From: Minisyncoccota bacterium
GTDB taxonomy: Bacteria; Patescibacteriota; Microgenomatia; UBA1400; PJMF01
Reading direction: 5' to 3'
Assembly (NCBI GenBank): GCA_018646985.1
Contig: JABGTR010000028.1
Span: 1 to 53,812 of the forward strand
Length of the DNA stretch: 53,812 bases
Shown: piece after piece, positions 1 through 9,561 of the stretch
How positions within the stretch are numbered: position 1 is the stretch's first letter
Layout: each line of letters starts with the position of its first letter
Notes under the pieces: generated by a model
What the model saw: only the letters and a program-made list of their open reading frames with translations
Databases searched by the model: none
What the model was told of the DNA's origin: nothing
Made by a program: the position numbers and the translations under genes

Positions 1-184
1 ACTCACAATTACAAGAAAAACTAAGATCTCACCGAGGTCTAAAGTTACCTAAAAGAAGAGTTTTAATTGCTCACTTCCTAAGCTCCAAACAGTGAGTCTT
101 TTGAATCAAAAAACCAACGCAAATTTTCCCTTAACCCGGATATCTCTACTTGAGAAAACAAAGTCTTAAACTTGAGTAAATAGA

Positions 185-235
185 TGCTGAGTGGAGACTC
201 GGCAGCCTGCCCAACGGCCGAACCTCCACTCAGCA
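185..235 (-). other. Long GC-rich RNA hairpin of unknown function
   Basis: TGCTGAGTGGAG (185-196) is the exact inverted repeat of CTCCACTCAGCA (224-235), with an inner TCGGC/GCCGA stem. On the minus strand the two internal mismatches become G-U pairs, giving a continuous ~19-bp helix. Confidence 0.5.
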
Positions 236-359
236 ACCATTTGATTGATTTCTTTATATTTTACTATAAAAAGATCCAATTTACAGCCATCTTTAAAGCT
301 GTTAGTGTAATCAACATCGAGATACAGATAGTTTTTTAAATGACTATCTTCTCTAACAG

Positions 360-409
360 AAAAAGCATTATTATACGTGGCTCTGCTCAGCGGTAATAAT
401 GCTTTTTTT
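360..409. terminator. Possible bidirectional intrinsic terminator
   Basis: AAAAAGCATTATTA (360-373) / TAATAATGCTTTTT (394-407) 14-bp inverted repeat ending in A and T tracts; 20-nt loop. Confidence 0.45.
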
Positions 410-723
410 ATTTCGAACCCTATTTTTTCGAGTAAAACGAAGAAAAAGTAGCAGGTGCGAAAAATGCTGCGCATATTTTAAAGACTATATCAAGTATAAC
501 TATTTCCTAGCCACTGTCAAGACCTATAGTTATTTACTAAATAGGCCTATATCGCCACTTTCAAACAAATACTCGACTACAGTTAACTACTTGTTAACAT
601 CAATAATCAAGTAATTAATATTGTTAAAAACTTATACTGGATCTATTCGGGTAACGTTCGCCCTCCACTCTATCGAGCATATCTTCTATAAAAATTAGAC
701 AAATAAACCGCTATAATAATATT

Positions 724-2928
724 ATGCCTGTTCCACACGTTCTTCTAGAAATTAGAACTAGTCAAGATAATCAAAAAACAGCTGAGGCAGCAGCTCAGCT
801 TTTCTCTACTATCCCCAAGTTAAGAGATGAGTGGTGGTGGAAATTAATTCGTAAAAATGAGCACTTGAGTTTTGAAATTGTGGTTAATAATCAGACTGTT
901 TATTTCCAAGCCTATGTTCCTTACCGTCTCAGTGAATACCTGAAAGGTGCTATTAGTGCCAACTATCCAGAAGCTTTAATAGATGAACTTGAGGTTGACC
1001 CACTAGATAGCTTATTTTCAAGAGATTCGGAGTCATCCCCAGTCTCACACCTCAGCTTAGGTAGTCTCAAACTCAAAAATAAAGAATATTTGCCACTTAA
1101 GACCTATCAAGATTTTTCAGATGTTGATCCGCTAGCTCCTCTTCTCTCTACCCTATCTAAAACAAAACTAGATGAAGAAATGGTAATCCAATTTGTTATT
1201 GGTGATGATGGCGACGGCTGGAAAAGGACTGGCTTTTCTCAAATACATGGTAAAAGCACTCAGTTAGAAGAATTAGCTGATTTAGCTAAAAAATCTGGGT
1301 CTCATCCACAAAAAGCTTTGATTGATAAAAAACTAAGTACCAGAGGTTTGAAAACATCGATTAGAGTCGCAGTCAAAACACTGGATAAAAAAAGAAGCAT
1401 TCTACTACTAGAAACGATTGCTAGTAGTCTTCGAGCTATCTCCCAAAGTGAGGGGAACGAACTAATACTTAGAAGAGTATATATATTGAAAAACTATTTT
1501 GCCCAGACAATGCTCAAGCGTCTTTTTAATTTACTCCCTAAGCAGCACCTTTCAATAGAAGAACTAGCTACTCTTTACCATTTACCAAATGAATCTCTTA
1601 AGGGTGTACAAAACGTGGCTTGGGGTAAAAATTTACTCGGGGAGCCACCTGAAAACTTACCAATTGTTACCACCCAGATGGATCCCGAACTAAAGAGTGA
1701 GATCAATCCCTTTGCCCGTACTGACTACAGAAATGAAGCTCATGTCTACGGCATTAAAAGAGATGATCGCCGCCGCCACATGTATGTGATTGGTAAAACT
1801 GGGACTGGTAAGTCTACTCTCTTGGCTAATATGGTCATTAATGATCTTAAAAAGAATGAAGGAATGTGTGTTATTGATCCTCATGGTGATCTGGTTGAAA
1901 CTATTCTTAATTACATTCCCTCACACAGAATCAACGATGTGGTTTATTTTAACCCCGCTGACCCAACTCGCACTGTCCAGATCAATCTCTTTGAAGGTGA
2001 AAATGTTGAGCATCGAGAGTTAATCGCCTCTGGTATTATCTCTGTCTTCAAAAAACTATATGGTTACTCTTGGGGTCCAAGACTTGAGTACATTTTGCGT
2101 AATTCTCTATTAACCCTACTAAAGATACCTGAGTCTAAGTTGTCTGATATCTTGAAACTACTTACTGATGAAAAATTCCGAGCTAAAACTATTGAACATT
2201 TGGATGATGAAATATTAAAAAGCTTCTGGGTGGATGAGTTTAACAAACTCCACGAAAGAGAGCGAACTCAGCAGATTGCCTCTATTCTTAATAAGGTCGG
2301 TCAGTTTGTTTCCTCTCCCCTAGTCAGAAACGTAGTCAACAACTCAACTAGTTCTTTTAGCATTGATGACGTGATGAATGATGGCAAAATTTTATTGGCT
2401 AACTTATCTCAAGGTAAGCTGGGTGAAGATAATGCTACTCTGTTGGGAGCGATGCTAATTACTAAGATTCAGTTGGCTGCTATGGGCCGAGTCAATGTCA
2501 CTGAAGAAGAGCGTCGTGATTTTTATCTTTATGTAGATGAGTTCCAAAATTTCGCCACCGACTCGTTTATTAAGATTCTTTCTGAGGCTCGAAAATACAA
2601 GTTAGATCTGGTTTTAGCCAATCAATATATTGCCCAAATACCAGAGGAAGTCCAGAAGGCTATCTTTGGTAACTGCGGTAATATTGTTAGTTTTGTAATG
2701 GGAGCTGAAGATGCAAGTCTATTTGAAAAAGAGTATGGAAACAAGTTTACTGTTGAAGATTTAGTTTCGTTGGGACGATATCAAATTGTGAATAAGATTA
2801 CAGTTGATGGAATATTATCACAACCTTTCCCTGCTAGAACACTATCTTTAGCCAAGAGTAGCAATAAAAATAAAGACAAAGTCATTCAGGTCAGCCGCGA
2901 GCGATACGCCAAGAAAAAGCAGAAGTAA
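724..2928 (+). CDS. VirD4/TraG-like type IV secretion coupling ATPase (HerA/FtsK superfamily, CPR type)
   Basis: 734 aa; Walker A GKTGTGKS, IDPHGD, Walker B LYVDEFQ, SEARKY, LANQY; TATAAT 6 nt upstream of ATG. Confidence 0.8.
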   Translation: MPVPHVLLEIRTSQDNQKTAEAAAQLFSTIPKLRDEWWWKLIRKNEHLSFEIVVNNQTVYFQAYVPYRLSEYLKGAISANYPEALIDELEVDPLDSLFSRDSESSPVSHLSLGSLKLKNKEYLPLKTYQDFSDVDPLAPLLSTLSKTKLDEEMVIQFVIGDDGDGWKRTGFSQIHGKSTQLEELADLAKKSGSHPQKALIDKKLSTRGLKTSIRVAVKTLDKKRSILLLETIASSLRAISQSEGNELILRRVYILKNYFAQTMLKRLFNLLPKQHLSIEELATLYHLPNESLKGVQNVAWGKNLLGEPPENLPIVTTQMDPELKSEINPFARTDYRNEAHVYGIKRDDRRRHMYVIGKTGTGKSTLLANMVINDLKKNEGMCVIDPHGDLVETILNYIPSHRINDVVYFNPADPTRTVQINLFEGENVEHRELIASGIISVFKKLYGYSWGPRLEYILRNSLLTLLKIPESKLSDILKLLTDEKFRAKTIEHLDDEILKSFWVDEFNKLHERERTQQIASILNKVGQFVSSPLVRNVVNNSTSSFSIDDVMNDGKILLANLSQGKLGEDNATLLGAMLITKIQLAAMGRVNVTEEERRDFYLYVDEFQNFATDSFIKILSEARKYKLDLVLANQYIAQIPEEVQKAIFGNCGNIVSFVMGAEDASLFEKEYGNKFTVEDLVSLGRYQIVNKITVDGILSQPFPARTLSLAKSSNKNKDKVIQVSRERYAKKKQK

Positions 2929-2929
2929 G

Positions 2930-4306
2930 CTAAAACCCAATTTGTTTGAGTAGCTCGCGAACACTGCCGTGGGTTTCTTTTGAGTAAATTTTTTTAAAAC
3001 CAAGTCTTTTAGCTTCTTTAATTCTGCGCTCGAGGTAATTAACCTTCCGAATCTCTCCCAGTAAGCCCACCTCACCAATAAAAACCGAGTTTTGAGGTAA
3101 GGGCTTGTTCTTTAATGAGCTCACTAAAGCCATTGATAAAGCCAAATCAATTCCTGTCTCCGTCACCTTATATCCTCCGGCTGCACTCAAGAAAACATCA
3201 TGATAATCCACCGGCTGATGGCAATGTTTTTGTAAAACGGCTGATAAAACTTGAATTCTAGATAGATCAATTCCCCTCCCCACTCTTCTTGGCATCGCCA
3301 GCTGAGACTTCACCACCAAAGCTTGAACTTCTATTAGTAAAGGACGAGTGCCCTCCATCACACAAGCTGTGGCAGAACCTGGTTCTGTGGTTTTAGCATT
3401 CTCTAATAGAAACTCACTGGGGTTACTCACCTCAGCCAAACCAACTTCATCGACTTTGAAAACACCCACTTCATCAGTCGCCCCGAAACGATTTTTAAGA
3501 GTTCTCAACAATCTTAATTCACCTGTTCTTTCACCACTTAATTCAAGAACTGCATCCACAATGTGTTCAAGGGTTTTGGGTCCAGCAATCGTTCCATCCT
3601 TAGTTACATGACCGACTAAAAACATTGGAATGCTTAATCTTTTAGCCACATCAGCCAGCCTATCGGTAGATTCTCTAATCTGACCCACACTACCTGGAGC
3701 ACCAGAAAGCTCACTAGTTGTCATCGCTTGGATACTATCCACCACAACCAACGATGGTTGTTTTATTTTGATGATTTCTACTAGCTCATCCACGTCAATT
3801 GTAGTCACAAATTCTAAATTATTCTTTGAAATCTTTTTGTGTTCTTTTGTTAGAATTCGATTGATTCGTAGATCTATTTGCTGTGGGCTTTCTTCTCCAC
3901 AAACATAGAAAATTGGAGCACTTAGCTTTTGACTAGCTATCTTCAATACTACTTGGGTTAAAAGCGTACTCTTGCCAATTCCTGGTTCGCCACCCAACAG
4001 CATGACTGCTCCCGGAACTATTCCCTTCGTTTTTCCTTCGCCCCCCAGCACCCGGTCAAATTCTTCAATCTGAGTAGTGATCCTCTGATCATTACTTTTT
4101 TTCGATTTTACCTGACTCCAACTCACTAGCTTATTATCAACCTCAGTTTTGGAAAAAGTTTTTCTAGCTCCCAATCCCTTCATCTCCTTTATCACTACCT
4201 CCTCAACCAAAGTATTCCACTCTCCGCACTGACTACACTGACCCTGCCACTTAGGATGGCTGGCTCCACAATTCTGACAATTATAAATAGTTTTGTTTTT
4301 AGCCAT
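2930..4306 (-). CDS. radA: DNA repair protein RadA/Sms
   Basis: N-terminal C4 zinc finger (CQNCG...CSQCG), Walker A GEPGIGKS, KNRFG motif, Lon-like C-terminal domain. Confidence 0.97.
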   Translation of the reverse strand: MAKNKTIYNCQNCGASHPKWQGQCSQCGEWNTLVEEVVIKEMKGLGARKTFSKTEVDNKLVSWSQVKSKKSNDQRITTQIEEFDRVLGGEGKTKGIVPGAVMLLGGEPGIGKSTLLTQVVLKIASQKLSAPIFYVCGEESPQQIDLRINRILTKEHKKISKNNLEFVTTIDVDELVEIIKIKQPSLVVVDSIQAMTTSELSGAPGSVGQIRESTDRLADVAKRLSIPMFLVGHVTKDGTIAGPKTLEHIVDAVLELSGERTGELRLLRTLKNRFGATDEVGVFKVDEVGLAEVSNPSEFLLENAKTTEPGSATACVMEGTRPLLIEVQALVVKSQLAMPRRVGRGIDLSRIQVLSAVLQKHCHQPVDYHDVFLSAAGGYKVTETGIDLALSMALVSSLKNKPLPQNSVFIGEVGLLGEIRKVNYLERRIKEAKRLGFKKIYSKETHGSVRELLKQIGF

Positions 4307-4313
4307 AGATTAT

Positions 4314-4613
4314 TTAATCCACACTCCCTACAAAAAGAGTATCTCCACTATACTGACCAGTAACGGTAATTGTCTGCCCCACATAATCAGCTAACTCCAT
4401 CGAATAACTTTCGATTATCTCTGGCTCTTGACCCATGACATTGATAAAAAATACTGATCCTGACTGAGAAATCATGCCAGTTTTACTAGTGTCCCCTACC
4501 TTTTGGTCTGCAGCAGGAACTTGACCACTATTTTGATTAACTGGCGTAGTTGCAGTTTGTGTGCATGCCGAAAAAATATAACCAGCAAATAAAATTATTA
4601 GTAAACTTCTCAT
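4314..4613 (-). CDS. Small lipoprotein-like exported protein
   Basis: Signal peptide with lipobox-like IFSAC; small beta-rich C-terminal domain; AGAGGAG Shine-Dalgarno upstream. Confidence 0.6.
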   Translation of the reverse strand: MRSLLIILFAGYIFSACTQTATTPVNQNSGQVPAADQKVGDTSKTGMISQSGSVFFINVMGQEPEIIESYSMELADYVGQTITVTGQYSGDTLFVGSVD

Positions 4614-4655
4614 AAACTCTCCTCTTTATTTACTTTTAATATACACCAAAACCAC

Positions 4656-5981
4656 TCAGGTTAATTTTGTTAACCTTGTAGTAGAAATATCTGGGTTTTG
4701 TCGATAGACAACCCTTGCCTCACCACCCACCTTTTTCATCAACCGCTGCTTTTCCTCCAAATATGGAGTGTGAGAGGAGACTGCTAAAACCTGAGGTTTA
4801 ATTAATTTCAATAAAGCTAGGTGCTCCTGTGCGGTATCAAATTTTTCTGGCAAAATGAAGGCTAAATCCACCACTGGAAAAAGCTGTAGTTGCTGAAGTC
4901 GTTTCTGCTGATCATCAATTGGCCTACTAAGACCCTTATTTTTTTTAACTCGATCATCTGTTTCTATTCCCACTACTAACAGATCTCCTTCAAGTTTGGC
5001 TTTTCTCAAAAAATTCTGATGTTCTTGGTGGAATAGATCAAAAACGCCAGTTACTAAAACTACTCGTCGATCTTGACTCTGAATCTGTTTTAAAGAACTA
5101 AACCATTTTTCATAAATTTGACCCTTAGTACTCCGAGGGTGGAAGTAAGCATTGCTTAGACTCACCTTCTCCCGACTCATATGAGAGTACATATAAAAAT
5201 ATTGAATGCTAAAAGTTAAAAAGTCTAAAATACTCAAAATTTTTCGGCCAATGAAACGCAAAATGGGAGCTGACTCGTACCCACTCTTTTCTGCTTCTAT
5301 AATCTTAGAAGCGCCTATGAGCTTACTATTAAAATAATTTGGCAATAAGTTTTTTACCCAATAGTTGTTTTGATAAAACTTTTTTTCTATACCAGCTTTA
5401 TCTAGCATCCACTTAGTCTGACAAACCTCATAAGCAGAGTATAAATTCCTTTTATTCTTAGGAAGGCCTAAATGTTTGTCATCTAGCCAGAGATTAAAAC
5501 ACCAACTGTTCTCCTCATTTCCCTGCCAAGTTCGACGCTTACCAACCCATAAAGATGATAAAGATACTAAGACTCTTGATAGCCATAGTCTCTGTGGAGC
5601 TACTACTAGCATTAGGTCAATATCATCATTAACAGTTACGTTATCAACAGCCAGCGAACCAGTAACTGCCACACCTCTTATCCATGGAATCCAACCAATA
5701 ACACTCAATAACTTATCAACCTCCAACCATTTTTGTTGAGAGTAATTAGCTCTTCTCAACCTATTTTTAACCTGATCGGTGCCCTTACTCAATTTCCAAA
5801 ACCCACCCTTATTCTCAATTAAATTTAGCTTGCTTAAATTAATTAATGTTTCTCCCAACTTATTTTCAGTCACGGATATCTTAATTAAACGTTGAGCTAT
5901 CTCTTTTTTAGTCAAAGGAAATTTAAACTGATCTGAATAGGTAATGGTAAGTAAAACTGCCGCCTCACTAGAAATTAACAT
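4656..5981 (-). CDS. Fusion of Pol-beta-type nucleotidyltransferase and cytidylyltransferase-family (TagD/RfaE-like) domain
   Basis: GSLAVDNVTVNDDIDL (GS...DxD) in N-terminal half; VLVTGVFDLFHQEH...LVVGIETD...KGLSRPI in C-terminal ~140 aa. Confidence 0.7.
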   Translation of the reverse strand: MLISSEAAVLLTITYSDQFKFPLTKKEIAQRLIKISVTENKLGETLINLSKLNLIENKGGFWKLSKGTDQVKNRLRRANYSQQKWLEVDKLLSVIGWIPWIRGVAVTGSLAVDNVTVNDDIDLMLVVAPQRLWLSRVLVSLSSLWVGKRRTWQGNEENSWCFNLWLDDKHLGLPKNKRNLYSAYEVCQTKWMLDKAGIEKKFYQNNYWVKNLLPNYFNSKLIGASKIIEAEKSGYESAPILRFIGRKILSILDFLTFSIQYFYMYSHMSREKVSLSNAYFHPRSTKGQIYEKWFSSLKQIQSQDRRVVLVTGVFDLFHQEHQNFLRKAKLEGDLLVVGIETDDRVKKNKGLSRPIDDQQKRLQQLQLFPVVDLAFILPEKFDTAQEHLALLKLIKPQVLAVSSHTPYLEEKQRLMKKVGGEARVVYRQNPDISTTRLTKLT

Positions 5982-5985
5982 GAGC

Positions 5986-7755
5986 TTATTTTAAACCATA
6001 TTGACGCAAAGTCTGATTAGTGCCCTGAGTCACAGTTTCAAGAGCCTTATCAACTGCCTCTCCGGACAAAACTGCAGTGATGGCATCTTCATAATATTTA
6101 ATTAAAAGATCATTAATCCCGTTATCATGTGTGTATGAGCTCATGTGCCAACCAATAGCTGTGGGAGCATCTTCTAAAAAGGGAGATACTAGTTCATCTC
6201 CTGCCAACTCATTTGCCAGATCAACTCTAGAGTAAATTTCTCCAAAAGTCCTAACTTGACTCTGATCACTATAAAGCTTCTTTTGGACTTCACTCGAGCT
6301 TAAAAATTTCAACAATGCCCAAGAGTCATCTTGATTCTTTGATCCAGTACTTACTCCTTCTGCCCAAAAACTTGCCCAAGAAAGGCGTTCTTCGCCCAAG
6401 CGAGGTACAGGAACTATTCCAAAATCTAAATCTGGGTTCATCGCCTTAACCTCATGAGCTCTCCAACTAGGTGCCATCATCATGGCTGCATCGCCCCTGG
6501 CAAAAGCAACTGTAGAACTTGGCAATTTATCGTCCCAAACACCATCTTCTTTAACAAAATTTGTATAAAAAGATAAAGCATCCTGAGACTCCTTAGAAGA
6601 AGGATCTGCTGGATCAGCTCCATTCTGGAGCATTAGCAATCCCAGGATATCGGCAAAATGTTCAACGTTACTAGAATTTCCAATTGCCATTCCTCCCCTC
6701 TTGAGACTACCACCCTCTTTTACCGTTAATTTATTAGCTAAAATTTTAACTTCAGCCCAAGTGCTGGGTGGTTCTGAATTAGCAGCTATCAACATTTCTT
6801 TGTTGTAATACAAACCTAAGCCGTCATACATTAACGGAATACCAACTATTTGGCCATTAATGTTCAGCATTTTAGACGCTGATGGATAAAAAATAGATTG
6901 ATACTCAGTCGCGGTCATAACTGATTGTGGCATAGGAGATAACTCTTCTGTGAGCATTGGGGTCCAACTAGCGTGAAATCTAAAAACATCTGGTCCATTT
7001 TTAGAAGCAATCGCAGTCTGCAATCTTTCGCGATAGTCTTTATGAGATTGTTTTACATAATTTACTTTTAGCCCAACGTGCTCTTCTTCAAAATCATCCA
7101 AAACATCTCTGACAGCGCCATCTGGTTCCCACAAACCCCAATAAATCAATGCTGGCTTTTCCGCAGGAACTGTCTTTCTAACTTGCTCGACATCACTTAC
7201 TGCACTCGGCGCAATTGGTTGAGATTTACTACCAGTAAACTTGCTAATTACAAACCAAATAATGCCAACTAAAACTAACCCACCAATTATAAAAGGCAAG
7301 TACTTAAACGGAGAATTCTTTACATTAGCAAAGGATGGCTTCTTTTTAGTCTGAGGAGGTTGAGTTGGAGACTTAGTGGCAGACGAGTTATTGGGAGTTG
7401 CAGCAGCTGGTTTAGATCCTGTCACTGGGAGCTTAGATCCTGTCACTGGAGGCTGATCAGTTGGCTTTCCTGAAAATATAGGAGGTTTAGGCATGCCGGC
7501 CGGTGGCTTCATGGTGGGTGGTTTCATTGAAGGGGGAGGAGTTGCTCCCGATGGTTTAACAGACGGAGGAGTCACTTGAGGCTTTGCTGGATTTGCTGAA
7601 AAAACTGGATTTTTTTTCTGAGTCAGTGGCGACTGCACTCGAGCTGATGGAGGCATTTGCGGCTTATCACCTTTTTTATCACCATCATCTGGGAGTGGAT
7701 CTCTGGGTAATACTGGCTTAGGCAAGGACTTATCTGACATAATAAAGCTAAACAT
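5986..7755 (-). CDS. Membrane-anchored sugar-type extracellular solute-binding protein with Pro-rich N-terminus
   Basis: ~150-aa Pro/Lys/Ser-rich region, one TM helix, then family-1 SBP motifs (GPDVFRF, GIPLMYDGLGLYYNK, PPSTWAE); start may be ATG at 7740. Confidence 0.85.
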   Translation of the reverse strand: MFSFIMSDKSLPKPVLPRDPLPDDGDKKGDKPQMPPSARVQSPLTQKKNPVFSANPAKPQVTPPSVKPSGATPPPSMKPPTMKPPAGMPKPPIFSGKPTDQPPVTGSKLPVTGSKPAAATPNNSSATKSPTQPPQTKKKPSFANVKNSPFKYLPFIIGGLVLVGIIWFVISKFTGSKSQPIAPSAVSDVEQVRKTVPAEKPALIYWGLWEPDGAVRDVLDDFEEEHVGLKVNYVKQSHKDYRERLQTAIASKNGPDVFRFHASWTPMLTEELSPMPQSVMTATEYQSIFYPSASKMLNINGQIVGIPLMYDGLGLYYNKEMLIAANSEPPSTWAEVKILANKLTVKEGGSLKRGGMAIGNSSNVEHFADILGLLMLQNGADPADPSSKESQDALSFYTNFVKEDGVWDDKLPSSTVAFARGDAAMMMAPSWRAHEVKAMNPDLDFGIVPVPRLGEERLSWASFWAEGVSTGSKNQDDSWALLKFLSSSEVQKKLYSDQSQVRTFGEIYSRVDLANELAGDELVSPFLEDAPTAIGWHMSSYTHDNGINDLLIKYYEDAITAVLSGEAVDKALETVTQGTNQTLRQYGLK

Positions 7756-7775
7756 AGTATATAGTAGTCCTGATT

Positions 7776-9560
7776 ATGATCACAAGTGAAAAGATGATGC
7801 CATGGCTAACTGGCTTTTTGGCTGGGATCTTTATCTTAGCCATTAGCGGTAGCATACTCTTCTTCTTTATTTTCCAAGATAGAATCTATCCTGGAGTTAT
7901 AATAGATAGTATTAATGTTGGTGGATTAACCAAAAACCAAACCCTACAGCTCTTAGAGCACAAATTAAAACTTCCTGCAGAATACCTTACTTCAATCGAA
8001 TTAGAGGGAATTGCGGTGGCTTCTTCCTCGTCACAACTCGGAATTAGCAGAGAATATCAAGCAGCCATTGATCAGGCTTACAACTTCGGGCGAGTTGGCT
8101 CCCCTTTCAAAAATTTCTGGGAAATTACCAAGGCTTCACTCATTCCTCTAAAGTTTGAAACTCGCTTGGTTTATAGCGAAGAAAAGACTGGACTCTTCAT
8201 AGAAGAACTAAAAAAACGAGTTGATTTAGTTGGCCATAATTCCAAAGCTATTTTAGGATACAGTGGCTCACCTTATAGCCTAAATATCGATGAAGGAGAG
8301 CCTGGGAGAGAGATACTGATTGATGAGACTACTCAGTTAGTGCTTCTAAACATTGGTCATGAGCAAGCCGTAGAAGCTAAGATTGCCTCCACCAGCACTA
8401 TTCTTAATAAAAAAGAAATTGTAGCTGCTAAAGAAAAAGCTACAAAATTGATTAATAAAAGACTTATCTTAAGTGCTGAAAACGTGAGGTTGGATCTAAA
8501 TGACCAAAAACTAATCTCTCTTCTTGCTTTTCCAACAGGATTTAATCAAAAAGAGCTCAACTTACTTTTAGAATCTTGGCAAGAAATAGTCTCTAGACCA
8601 GCTCAAAATGCTGAATTTGAATTTGATGAGAAAAGTCTAATAGTAGATAAGTTTGTCCCCCAGCGCGAAGGCCTAGAGCTAAATAAAGAGCAAACTCAAG
8701 AACTATTAATAAGCACTATGGAGAGTTTTATTACAGACGAAGCCAATGAAATCAAAGTTGGGATCCATAATCAAACAAACACTGAGTTGGGGCTGCCGGT
8801 TAAAACTACCCAGCCAGAAATTACTTTAGCTAGTACCAATGATTTAGGAATTAACGAAAGAATTGGTTTTGGTGATAGTGAGTATGATCACTCGATTGTT
8901 AATCGAATTCACAACGTAGCCCTGACTACTAGTAGGATCACTGACACTGTCGTTGCTCCGGGAGAACAGTTTTCTTTTAATAAAGCTTTAGGAGAAGTCT
9001 CTGCTCAGACTGGCTTCCGCAGTGCTTACGTGATTAAAGATGGAAAAACTGAACTAGGTGATGGCGGAGGTGTCTGCCAAGTTAGCACTACTACTTTTAG
9101 AGCTGTGCTTGATGCTGGCTTAGACGTAACTCGTCGTCTCCCCCATTCTTATCGGGTCAGCTATTATGAACTCAACTCTAAGCCTGGAATTGATGCCACT
9201 GTTTACTCTGGAGAAACTGATTTTAGATTTGTGAATGACACTGATCATCATATTTTAATCCACGGAGAAACTGATAGTGAAAATCTATATATGAAGATGG
9301 AAATTTATGGAACTAGTGACGGTCGCACCACTGAGATTAAAGATCACGAGGTTTGGGGATATGTGAATCCACTTCCTACTGAGTATTTTCCAAATCCATC
9401 GCTGCCTACGGGAACAAAAAAACAAATTGACTGGGCTGTAGCTGGAGTCAAAGCTAAGTTCACCCACGTGATTAGAAATGCCGCCGGTGAAGTAACTAAT
9501 GAAGAAACCTATAAATCTAGTTACCGACCTTGGGCAGCGAAGTACTTGGTTGGGGAATGA
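7776..9560 (+). CDS. VanW-family protein with peptidoglycan-binding (PG_binding_4-like) region
   Basis: N-terminal TM; RIHNV...PGEQFSFN...GGGVCQVSTTTFRA...HSYRV...PGIDATV VanW motifs; G5-like tail. Confidence 0.9.
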   Translation: MITSEKMMPWLTGFLAGIFILAISGSILFFFIFQDRIYPGVIIDSINVGGLTKNQTLQLLEHKLKLPAEYLTSIELEGIAVASSSSQLGISREYQAAIDQAYNFGRVGSPFKNFWEITKASLIPLKFETRLVYSEEKTGLFIEELKKRVDLVGHNSKAILGYSGSPYSLNIDEGEPGREILIDETTQLVLLNIGHEQAVEAKIASTSTILNKKEIVAAKEKATKLINKRLILSAENVRLDLNDQKLISLLAFPTGFNQKELNLLLESWQEIVSRPAQNAEFEFDEKSLIVDKFVPQREGLELNKEQTQELLISTMESFITDEANEIKVGIHNQTNTELGLPVKTTQPEITLASTNDLGINERIGFGDSEYDHSIVNRIHNVALTTSRITDTVVAPGEQFSFNKALGEVSAQTGFRSAYVIKDGKTELGDGGGVCQVSTTTFRAVLDAGLDVTRRLPHSYRVSYYELNSKPGIDATVYSGETDFRFVNDTDHHILIHGETDSENLYMKMEIYGTSDGRTTEIKDHEVWGYVNPLPTEYFPNPSLPTGTKKQIDWAVAGVKAKFTHVIRNAAGEVTNEETYKSSYRPWAAKYLVGE

Positions 9561-9561
9561 A

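Noticed and set aside
1-95. Possible 3' end of a + strand gene (SQLQEKL...SSKQ*)
   Set aside because: Only ~30 codons visible, no motif; cannot be supported
185-235. Hairpin as SRP (4.5S) RNA or ZTP riboswitch
   Set aside because: Lacks the SRP CAGG...GGAA...AGCAG signature; only a partial UGGGCA resemblance to ZTP, without its 5' domain
166-614. ORFs 166-474 (-) and 399-614 (+), including a Phe-rich start (MRSIFRTCYFFF) resembling an attenuator leader peptide
   Set aside because: They overlap each other and strong hairpins and have no motifs. The Phe-rich ORF runs 102 aa, too long for a leader peptide, and no phe gene is visible.
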